In this document: positions 25,303 to 36,800 of the stretch, piece by piece | Numbering within the stretch: the stretch's first letter is position 1 | How the letters are laid out: every line of letters begins with the position of its first letter | Source: Laetmonice hystrix | Lineage: Eukaryota | Length of the DNA stretch: 64,000 bases | Reading direction: 5' to 3' | NCBI GenBank assembly: GCA_965235115.1 | Contig: OZ249436.1 | Coordinates: forward strand, 17,610,001-17,674,000 | Position numbers and translations under genes: made by a program | The notes under the pieces: generated by a model | The model's database searches: none | What the model was told of the DNA's origin: nothing | The model's input: the letters and a program-made list of their open reading frames with translations, nothing else

Positions 25303-28300
25303 TCAGGGTGAACAAGTTGTCTCTGTGACGAGCTTGCTAGGAACCAGTGAGGGTTTGCGTGTTGGCAGGGTTTCAGGTGTCGGGATGGCATCTCCCGTCG
25401 CGTCTGTGATAATATCTGTCGGGACTGGCTTGAGAATGACTGGCCCACTTGTGGTCGACGGCATCGCTTTGACGGCTGGTGGAGGTGGCATTGCTTTCTT
25501 AGCCTTAGCCATGTTGTAATCTCCAGAGTCAAAATATTTTTGCTGCAACAGTGAAGCCAGTAATAGTCAGAAAGGGGCTGCAAGAGTTTGTATTGTTACA
25601 ACTTAGCCTTTCCAAAATCTTCCAGGAAACCCTGGTTACAATCTATCTCGGACTACAAACGGGGCTCAGTCAATGTGGTGTTCTTACCCCCTTCGACAGC
25701 CGTTTTTGTAGGAACGCAGACGACCCTGGTCCCTTCAGTCCTGGATATTTGGATCGTAGCTTTGCCTCCTGCTCTTTCTCAATTGAGGCCTGTACAAAAC
25801 AACCAAGAAAAACAACCAGTGAATGTAAAGAATCATAGATGCCACCTTTCTGAGATATACAGGTAGTCACTGAGAGTGCACAGTACAGGATATGATTGAA
25901 TGATGTTTTCATGTACAGTAATTGGCCATCCTTATATTATTAACACTTTAATCTTTTCATAGAATGAGCTTTTCTAACAAGACCCTTACATTCTCATTAA
26001 TTTCATCATTTCCCATAAATTCTCCATAATTCAGTTAACTCCTCAACCAAAGCCTATACATTATATAATACAGCACATCTTTCACAACACATACAGTGGT
26101 CACCTGTCAAGTTTCAGACTGACATAATTGACAGGAATCAAACTAAGCAGGCAGTCTATTGCCACAGATGTTAATAATTTCATTATATCTCATATAAAGA
26201 AGATTGAAAAACCCAAACACTGCTAAAATAAAATGATCAAGTCTCTCATTGCCATGCACCAGTACTTAGCTACTAACAATGTTACCAAACTGAAACAGGT
26301 ACATTTCATGTTCAACATGTTACTTGTCATAAAGTTAAGACAAAATTAATAGGTGAGGCAATGGCATGCGAAATATATGAAGGACCACTAAAATGCAAGG
26401 AGCTTGTCCAGGAAGAAAGATTCATGTGACATGCCCTCAACTCAAATAAAAAACTGGTCACTATAATCGAAGGAGCTTGTTCTTGGAAAGAAGGATGTGA
26501 CGTGGCCTCAAAATCACAAGTAAACTGTGCACATACATGAAATTGTTATTAAAGTAATTCTGTCTAAGTAGGACGTACTTGGAGTTGGATGTAGCAGCCA
26601 CTTAATTTTTTTTCAAACATCTGATTGCAGTTATTGGTAGGAAATTTTATAAAGACCTTTCTGCTCTGCTACCTTTTGAGCTTTTAAATTCATGGCTTGG
26701 CCAAGATTCATAACTAGTGCTCTTCATTTCAGAATGCTCAGATCAACGGTTTTAACATCTTTATCATCTTCTACATCATGAAACCATGTTCATTCTCAAG
26801 ACAAGATGTATGCAAAAATATCATGAAACCATGTTCATTCTCAAGACAAGACAGATCCAAAAATATTTTAGCTTCCATAGATGTTTTCAGAATAAAATAT
26901 ATATATCTAGAGGAATAAGTGAAAAAAAGGAACAAAAAACAGAAGAGAAGGTACTGGTAAGACCATGACTGTAAGCTGCAGGTTTTATATGAGAATTGAG
27001 AAACATTCTGAAACAACATTTACTGGTACACGTTTGATCAAAAACATCAAAAGATACTACTAGTCACTCTGACAACTTTGATGTTAATTTACCATCTGAC
27101 CGTTATATATAACTGCAGGGGTGGAAATTAAAGTTTGTACGAACTAGCTAGCCGGGCTAGTAAAGTAAAAAATCAACCAGCCCAGATGATGGAAACGTCA
27201 GATGCCCGGGTCTGTTTGGCAATAAATTAGCCCCAGTCAGACCCGGTAAGTAGCCCTATCCCCAAAATATGCTACTCGCCAACCGGGCATGTGTTAGGTG
27301 AATGTCTAGTCGCCTCGGTCGACTCCAAATGCCACCCCTGGACTGCACAGCTGAATGCTTAGAAAGATCTATAAGTAACTTCCAGCTTAACTAAAGACAA
27401 AAAATACATACTTACCTAAGTATAATTACTACATTTGGGGGTGAATTTAATGATACATTTTTTAGATACGACTAATTATCTGTGGGTCTAGAGTTTAGTA
27501 AATGATGAGAGTGCCAAGTTGTATTTCGAGCAGTTTATGCTGGACAGATTCATTGCTGTAGACTAAAAAAACCTGCTAATATGTGCTACCTAATCCCTCC
27601 ACCTTATTGACTGGCTACTATAAACACATGGACCCAAGTTACTGTAATTATTTTGTGAACTTTGCTACCTTTCCACCACGTAGTCCTGGGTATTTAGCTC
27701 TCAACTTAGCTTCTTCAGCCTTCTCTATCTCCACCTGTGTCTGAAAAATAGGGTACACATGCACAAACATTCATTATTATCACCAAAATATATGGTAGCA
27801 TCCAGCTCAGCACAACATGTAAGGATCTTGGGTCAATGATATACATCAACTATTTTTCAACATTGGCAAGGTAATGAAATAACTTGCAGAAAGTGACATG
27901 CTGACGCCCGAAGTTGACCATTGATGTTAGGCAACACAAACTGGTAAAATCTCTGGGGAAAAAAACAAGATAAACTAGTCTTCTGCACTTTCATTTTTAT
28001 ACCACCTTGGTTGATTGTATGAACAACGCATGCATCTATGTTATAATGGTCAGAATATAACATACAAAATACTCTGTTACAAGAATGCATTTCTATGGTC
28101 ATGGTTATGAGACAGTGACCTTTCTAACTAGGTGTACTGTTTTGTGTATGGGAAGCAAGTGGGTCAAGAGAAAACCCAAGAGCACCCGAGTTTGGTCTTA
28201 ATGCGGTCGTAATCTCTTCAATTTAGCATTGGGAATCCCTGCTGGCAAAGTTCTGTCAACTTCTAAATATTATTATGTCATGGTTAGAGTACTTTAATTT

Positions 28301-30463
28301 TTTACCGAGTACAAAATAAGAATACCAACTGGTATTACATACATGTACATGTATAAGAAAGAATACATTTCATTTAATTTTTCCTAAGCACCTGCAAAAA
28401 AGTTCATCGCGCCCCTCAACTTCACTGACTGAGGCATTCTGAACTGGCGTTCCTCCTCAGCCATGTCTGAGACAACTTCAAAAACGCTCTCTCTCTCCTC
28501 CTTGTCTCCAAGTAAATCATTTCCTAGACGGCTCCCAGGACATCTTTATGCCAATTGCCAAACCTTATAAACTACCCTGAGTTTACCTGGAAATACCCAA
28601 ACATGGGAAAGTAATGATTTCTAGGGGAGCGAGTCCCGAGCGACTTAGCTCTCCTTGGATAACCAAGGCCCGGGGAGTGATGGATGGGACCGTAAAGATT
28701 TCATATGGCAAGCACTGTAATGATACATAATCTGGGCTGGCCACCCTTAAAAAATCCTTCAGCAAGGTGCGCATAATCTTGCGCTTGCACGCCATAGCTC
28801 GCCTAAAATTGTTCCAAGGCGCACAAAAGACTGCACGTCTACCTATAAGATTAGTTAAAACTTTGTGCGCCTAGACAGCTTCCTCTGGAGTGACCCTATT
28901 CTCTCAAGCAGACTTATATGCTAGGTACCTAGGTAGGGCTGGTTCTTCTTGGCTTGTGTCTCTTGTGGAATAATCGGGAACTAATTACCAAGTACGGAGG
29001 TGTATCAAAGTAAAAGCCATATGCTGGCTTAAAACAATGAACCTTATTGGTTGACTGATTGGCAAGTATTAAAACAGTCTGCAGGTCGTCAGAAAAAATG
29101 CTCGTCTAGAGGTTCAAATTGTAGTTTTGGCGAGTAATTATTTACTCGCCTGGCCTTTTCAAAGGACAGTGCTGGGACCTAGGTTGCACCTCATGAGGCT
29201 GATCCCTGGTCTGCACGCAGACTTCTTTCAATCCAAAACCTATTTAAGATTTAGTCAGGGTCGTATGGATAATAATTTTACTGAAGTCAAATTTCATTTA
29301 GTTAAGGGGACGAGAGGTGGTGTACGTTTGATACCTAAGCGAATCGGTTATGTACGCTAGTTGGCTGAAGGTTCGCCGGGAGAGGCGGCGGTGGCTGCCG
29401 CTGGGTGAGGTGCCAGTTGACCAGGGCGAGTCACCTGGGCCCCGTCTTACTAAGAATATTCCTCGCCGAACAGCGACATCGCCAAAAGGCACGTTCCCCG
29501 ACAGGTCGCCGATTGCCCCTTATGCTGATGATAATTCGCCCAGCAGAGAAACTTAAAACACGATGTTTAACACCCTTTAGTCCATTTTACATTCTTACCT
29601 TTTACAAATATAACTAAAATCATGAGCTCAACTTATGTTGTTTGTTTAGGATAAACATTCAAACATTCCAAAACACGCTATTTTAGACGTCCACAACGCC
29701 CATTCACTGTGTCAGCTAGAATCACTCTCTATTTTGGTTTGTTTGGACGTCACGTAGCGCTCTCTGCAAACCCGAACTTTGTATTTGTGGCACTGGGGAG
29801 AGAAAGCAAGACGGCTCTAGTTTACGGTTTGACACATTTTAGCTTTAATTAGCACTCCCCGCCAAAGTCGCCAAATTGGCGACATCGTCAGGGAGGGATT
29901 TTTTAGTAAGACACCTCGAGCTGGCGATATCGCCAATTTGGCGACTTTGACTGCGATATTGCGACCTACGTTAGTAAGACGGGCTCCAGGGTGCGGGTTG
30001 ACCTGTAACCTGTTACCATCACCGCATCAGCAGATAATTTCAAAAATAATCGGTTTAACCGTATCAATATTAAAAATAATAATTAATATTAAACAAAACT
30101 TTATAATTCTTATTAATCTTAATCTGGGTAACGTCTGTGTCCTGTCCAGTGTCCGAGTATGCTACTCGTCGGGTTCAACACATCTGGACTGTAGTGTTAC
30201 TGTTAGCCTGTGTGCTAGCCCCACCGCGGCGCTGACCGTGCGGTACAGAGGGTACAGAGCCTCAGGAGCAAGAGGGCAGCGAGGGGCCACTGGCACTGCA
30301 CGCACTGCCACTGCACGGCCACGGCACGGGGAGCGAACGTTCGCAGGAAATAAGGTGCCGTTTTATGCCATTCCAGCCCCAAATTATAAGCTAATATTAC
30401 CTTGTTAGATTGATCTGTCGTCATCCCTTCCGTCGGAGGTTGTGGCTCACTTTCTGAAGACAT
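25303..30463 (-). CDS. ENSA: Alpha-endosulfine / ARPP-19 family protein (PP2A-B55 inhibitor), 134 aa main isoform
   Basis: Exons 30463-30401, 25789-25688, 25542-25303, all phase 0. Motifs [52 protein letters not shown]. Confidence 0.95.
27116..27340. mobile_element. Short non-autonomous DNA element (CAGGGGTGG termini); related inverted fragment at ~6000-6141
   Basis: caggggtgg...ccacccctg termini; flanks aactg/gactg; ctagtaaagtaaaaaatcaac is present in reverse complement near 6085-6105. Confidence 0.55.
27648..27740 (-). CDS. ENSA: Duplicated alternative exon 2 of endosulfine
   Basis: Acceptor tatttttcag| then [24 protein letters not shown], paralogous to [22 protein letters not shown]. Possible donor gtagca after 27669, or read-through VAKFTK to TAA at 27650-27648. 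Confidence 0.75.
   Translation of the reverse strand, partial: TQVEIEKAEEAKLRAKYPGLRGGKVAKFTK
29438..29986. mobile_element. PIF/Harbinger-like MITE
   Basis: TIRs ggccccgtcttactaa / ttagtaagacgggctc flanked by ctg/cag; internal tcgcc/ggcga repeats. Confidence 0.65.
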
Positions 30464-30849
30464 TTCTGTGGATGTTTTCCAGCCCGAAATTTAGAAATAT
30501 ACTTTGACGTTTCTTTGCCTCCAGTCACTGCAAATATGGCGGTGGTCTGACGTCACACTTCCTTTCCGCTGCCTCAGTCGTACAGACCCCTAGTCGCGAA
30601 ATATTAAAAAAAAGATAGATCAATCTACATAAAGAAATTATCCCAGAAGCAAGAAGGGTGATCATTGCTATGATGTAAAGCGAAATTTTAATTGGATTGT
30701 TTGAGAGGCGTGTGGATAAATCATAGACATAAATTAACGTTATTTTGGGGATCTTTGAACCAAACGAGCACCTGTCTGTCTCAAGTCAGTGTACCCCTCA
30801 ATCCGTCAGGGGGCGACACGATAGTTCTGCCACTTGTCACTGAGCGAAA
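30464..30849. promoter_or_regulatory. Bidirectional promoter ENSA (-) / COG1 (+)
   Basis: Only ~390 bp between the two start codons; atggcgg (YY1-like) ~30536, tgacgtca (CRE) ~30549, cacttcc (ETS-like) ~30556, aaaatggcgg at the COG1 ATG. Confidence 0.7.
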
Positions 30850-33800
30850 ATGGCGGACGTTGTGAAAGGTAAGTTGTTGAAATCCCGGCAAAATTCAGAA
30901 AAGAGCAGCCAAAGCAGCGGGAACCAGTCGCTGTGCTATCCTGAAATGCCGGTGGTGTATAGTTATTGACAGTTGAAAAGGACAGGCCTGCGCCGACCTA
31001 CTCAGCTACTGCCCAGTAAACCCTAACAGTTAGGCCTACTTGTTCGGCCCCACTGGCACTGCCACTGGGCCACTCCACTCCGTCTCCACTGGCACTGGAC
31101 TGGGCGGGGCCTGGCCAAGGCAAGTGCCTAGCGGGGCTGCTGCCCAGCCACTGACTGTGTGACTGAGTCAAAGAACCCCGATATCGATATGGGTATCGAG
31201 GTTCTTTGACTGAGTCTTTGACTGAGTGTCGTCCCAGTTGCCAGCAAGGCTTATCTATCACAGAGGCAAACTGAGTCTGAGCCAAGCACAGCACCCAATC
31301 TAATTAAAATTAGATCTTGGTATTCCGCGTCTCTCTCGGCTGTGTCGGTGCTGGCTGCGCTCCATACCTAGATCTAAGGACATCCCATTAGGGGTCACCT
31401 CAGGTTGACCCCGGGATTCAGCCAATCAGCGAGCCGCCTACGAAATCTTCGGTGTGCGCTCGTAGGCATTTTCAACGGCACACTTGAATCTGGGTCAAAG
31501 GTCAGCCTGAGGTGACCCCATACGGGATGCCGTTAGATCCTAGTATGTAGCGCATGCGAAATAACTAAGATCTAATTTTAATTAGATTGGCACAGCACCA
31601 GTACCAGTAGCCTCTAACATAGGCCGTACGTGTGTACGGCCTATCTTCTAGCGAACGGGCTACGAGACCAAACGTTCTAGCGCAGAATGAATGTGCTTCC
31701 GCACCTCTTCCAACACTTCAAATAAAAGATTGCCTTTACCTTCAGCTACTGAGCCCAATGAACTTACTTGGTGTTCCTCTAAGCAACAGATTCGGCCAAT
31801 TTTCCAAACCAAGCGACCACTTTCCATAGTCTTACAACCGGCGCCATTTCTGTAAATCCACATCCGGGGTCAAGCTCACGAAGGGAGCAGTCATTTCAAA
31901 CGTTGGCTACTAGTTCGGCGCCATAATGGAGGAATTGCTGTTCGGTCTAGAATAATAAATGCTCCCCTGCTGGTCGCCAGTGTGCGTGTTTTGAACATGC
32001 GCAGTAGAACAAACAGTATGGCGGCTAACGGCAGTGAAACAGCGCGATTCGCAATTTCGGAAGTCTGATTTATTAAAACTTTGGGCAAAAATCCTCGGAA
32101 AAGTGTGCAGCAGAGGAACAGAAGATGGGCTGCGTTAGAATTGACACCTCAACTGGCAGTAGTTACGATGGATTTTGCACAGCGAGTGATTGACATCGGA
32201 GGTAGGGTTTTTCGGGTTAACGCTGTCCGTCCCTACACTGGGGACGATACTCCGTCTACAGTACCAGGCACTGTACAGTACTGGCACTGCACCAGCCCAC
32301 TGCTGGTTGGGCACTACCTCTACGCCTAGTAGTAGACTTACAGGTCGTGACTACACGAACGTTAGGACGTATTTATTAATTTATTGGCAGTGTATATTTA
32401 CAGTGCTGCAAACAGGTTTCACCAACTTGGTGGTCAGACTGGACCAGTAAGTTCACTGATACTTAGTGGTTCACCTTAAATTCTGGTGGTCCAACCTAAC
32501 AAGGAAAGAATCCATTTTTTTAAGTTTATAAATGGGTTTTAAATCCTTGTTACTTTTCAGTGTAAGTGACCTCTACTCTTGCCTCCGAAAGACCTCCTCC
32601 CCTGCCTTCCCCTTCTTCTACTCTCCTCCGAGTCCAACTGAACCCATCTTTTGCCATTTTTGAAAGTGGGTCGGTACCTCCTGACGTGTTTTAAACCTGT
32701 GCTCCCCCTCCTCCCAGCCTGGGTCCTTGGTCGCCAAAGTGGGAGAGTGTCGCAGACGTTTTTGTTGACCACTCAAAGACTTGGTTGCCTCTGGCGAGTG
32801 GGCGACTCCATTTGCAGCACTGTATTTATCCGGTATTTGGGAGGGTCACGTGCCCATTAAGCTTCAGTTGTATTGGATAATGGTCTACGGTTAAATGGTC
32901 ATCTATCCAATTTGAGACAAAACAAAGGCAGTGTATATTTAGCCAGCATTGGCATGGTCATGTAAGGATTAAGCTTCAATCCTGTTGAATAATGCAGGCA
33001 ACCTCAGCATCTATGTTTTCCCAGAACCTGATGGAAAATTACATGAAACATAGTCTTTATTTCATTGAAATCATACAAATAAAAAGTTATGTAATTTTTG
33101 AAAAGGTATTTAATGTAGGTTTGTTTTTTATTGGTATATTGTAGGTGTGGTAAGCCATGACATGGATACCAATGTTTTGTTTGAGAAGTTCACGATTGAT
33201 GAGATTCGGGACATCGAGAAGAAAACAAGGTCAGTATATCTTAACAGTGCTGCCATCTGTGAATGCACCAGTAACTTAGACAACTCGGGTGTGGTTTTAG
33301 GTTCCCATATCAGAGATGACAACTTACAGGACCACTTATTAAGTGTGTTTGAAATTTCTGATTTGATAATGTCACTAGGTCCAAGTTCCCTTGCAATAGA
33401 TAGTGTTCTGATATGGTATTATCTAATTTCATGCAATCAGAGGAGATATAGAGAAGAAGAAAGAAGATCTTCGCCTCATGGTTGGGTAAGTGAAATGCCA
33501 GGATTTCCAAGAATAAACATGCTCTTTTATCAAGTTTCAGAAGTCTTTAAAAAAAATTAAAAAAGGGTTTGCAAAGATTATACTTATGTCGTCTTTTCTT
33601 GGGATTAAGGGAAATCTGAATGACTTTCACTTCTTGTTTCTAAGTAATACTGTGCTGTTATGTAAGTAAGATGCATTAAATTCAGTATGATTTGTGGATT
33701 AGCCAACTAAGCCAAGCTTTGTTTATAATTATCACAACTACCTTTCTAGTGAACGATACCGGGACCTCATTGAAGCAGCAGACACAATTACTGAGATGAA

Positions 33801-36800
33801 ACACAGTGCAGAGAATGTAAGTTTTTGGCTCTTCTTCCCTGGATTCAGCATTCGTTGAACTGGTCTATTTAATTGATAGATTTGTTAAGGTTCAAAGAGA
33901 AAGTGAGTTTTGGAACATTTTATGCCATAGGAGTGGTGGGACCTTGAGTTGAAGGACTTGAAGTTGTCATTATTGAATAATTCAGGTGATGCAGTCTATC
34001 GGTCGGATGCAGGAGCTCTGTCAGAGGATGAAACAGACACACATGGTGAAAGGATTCACTGCACCAAAACCCAGGCTGGATACAACCAAGTATGAACCTT
34101 GTTAAACTGAGACCTTGTAAAACCCAGGCTGGATACAACCAAGTATGAACCTTGTTAAACTGAGATCTTGTAAAACCCAGGCTGGATACAACCAAGTATG
34201 AACCTTGTTAAACTGAGACCTTGTAAAACCCAGGCTGGATATGACCAAGTATGAACCTTGTTAAACTGAGACCTTGTAAAACCCAGGCTGGATATGACCA
34301 AGTATGAACCTTGTTAAACTGACATCTTGTAAAACCCAGGCTGGATACAACCAAGTATGAACCTTGTTAAACTGAGACCTTGTAAAACCCAGGCTGGATA
34401 TGACCAAGTATGAACCTTGTTAAACTGAGATCTTGTAAAACCCAGGCTGGATACAACCAAGTATGAACCTTGTTAAACTGAGACCTTGTAAAACCCAGGC
34501 TGGATATGACCAAGTATGAACCTTGTTAAACTGAGACCTTGTAAAACCCAGGCTGGATATGACCAAGTATGAACCTTGTTAAACTGAGACCTTGTAAAAC
34601 CCAGGCTGGATATGACCAAGTATGAACCTTGTTAAACTGAGACCTTGTAAAACCCAGGCTGGATATGACCAAGTATGAACCTTGTTAAACTGAGACCTTG
34701 TAAAACCCAGGCTGGATATGACCAAGTATCAATCTAATTAAAATTAGATCTTGGTATTCCGCGTCTCTCTCGGCTGTGTCGGTGCTGGCTGCGCTCCATA
34801 CCTAGATCTAAGGACATCCCATTAGGGGTCACCTCAGGTTGACCTCGGGATTCAGCCAATCAGCGAGCCGCCTACGAAATCTTCGGTGTGCGCTCGTAGG
34901 CATTTTCAACGGCACACTTGAATCTGGGTCAAAGGTCAGCCTGAGGTGACCCCATACGGGATGCCGTTAGATCCTAGTATGTAGCGCATGCGAAATAACT
35001 AAGATCTAATTTTAATTAGATTGGACCAAGTATGAACCTTGTTAAACTGAGACCTTGTTCATACTTTGTCATAGTTAGATTTGCCATCAGAAAGTAGGTC
35101 TAACAACATGTGGCAGTAGTTAAACCTTCTTTGGTATAGAATATAATATGTACTCATTTTTATAAAAATGACAGGTAAAGGCACAAAATATCAGTAGAAA
35201 AATATTTTCCCAACACCAGGGCAAAGATCATGATTTCAGACTATGCTTTGATGTGGTGCAGTTCTGGTATTGATGCACCCTGTTATCTGATGGGAAAGTT
35301 CAACGAATTGGAACAAGGCAGAGTCATTCCATATCATATTCATGTGTTTCCAGGCGAAGAGAAGAGGTCCAGTTTTATGGGATAGCAGCACAAATAAAAC
35401 TACTCCTGGACATGCCAGAAAAGGTAAGTTAGAATCGAAGTGTAGAGAGTTGTAAAGTCATGGCCCAGCTCTGGCAAACTGTACTGCTCAGTGACAGTAT
35501 GTCCATTCCAATGATTGCCTCTGTTTGTCACGTGATGGTCAGTGATGCAGGGGTTTCAATAAGAAAATAGTAGAAGGGGAAGTTGACAAAGTAGAAGGTG
35601 GCTCTATAGTGCAGCAGCCGCAGGCCGGTGCCGCGCCGACCTTGGGGGTTGGGGGTGGGAAGAGGGAACCCACTCTGGCTTGGGGGGAGGGTCTGGGGTC
35701 ATCCCCTGAAAAGTTTTGATTTCTTGGTGTCCATAGGTGAACTCTGGTGCATTCTAAGAATAAAATTTGCATCAATTTGTGGGGTAAATAGATCAGTTCC
35801 ACTCAGATTTATGGTGGAGGACATACTGGACTAAAAACGATTTTTGATTTTGAGAAAGTTGCCAGCAGTTTTTGGGAAGTAGGCGGGCAAAACCGCCGGC
35901 CACTGGCGCTTATTGAGAAGGGTGGTGATGTAGAGCAGAACAAGGTCATTGATTCAGTTAGTTATTGAGTTACATTCTTAATTTGTGTTTTTGTTCTAGA
36001 TCTGGAGTGCCTTGGATTGCAAGGCGTACCTGCGGGCCACGCAGATGTTTTTACTGGCACGTCATGTTCACACTGGGATGCAGATGGATGCCGCCACACA
36101 CTCGACCCGTATGTTGTCATGGTTTCCCGTTTTGGCACGGACCTGGGCAGCCATCAGCCATTTCAGGGATGTGATTTACCAGGTATGTAGAGACTCTGTG
36201 GCAGTCTGATCTGCAGCCGTTACAAAGTGAGTCCTGGAGGCATGATTATCAACACCACTTGTTGTACTGTCTTTTGCTGCTTGATCTACCAGTCAAGGTG
36301 TGTTGGTTGTTTCCAGGCATGCAGAGACATGCTCAAGTTGGCCACAATCTCCGACACCGAAGTCGCCGAGTGTCTGTGTTCGTTAATGTTGCTGGAGGAC
36401 AGCACACCGCGGCAGGTTTTCAATGACTACCTGATCATCAGTACGGTGAGTCCAGCTCTCAGTCAGCCAGGATCATCAGTACGGTGAGTCCAGCTCTCAG
36501 TCAGCCAGGTTCATCAGTACGGTGAGTCCAGCTCTCATTCAGCCAGGATCATCAGTACGGTGAGTCCCGCTCTCATTCAGCCAGGATCATCAGTACGGTG
36601 AGTCCCGCTCACAGTCAGCCAGAATCATCAGTACTGTGAGTCCAGCTCTCAGTCAACCAGGATCATCAGTACGGGGAGTCCCGCTCTCAGTCAGCCAGGA
36701 TCATCAGTACGGTGAGTCCCGCTCTCAGTCAGCCAGGATCATCAGTATGGGGAGTCCCGCTCTCAGTCAGCCAGGATCATCAGTACGGTGAGTCCAGCTC

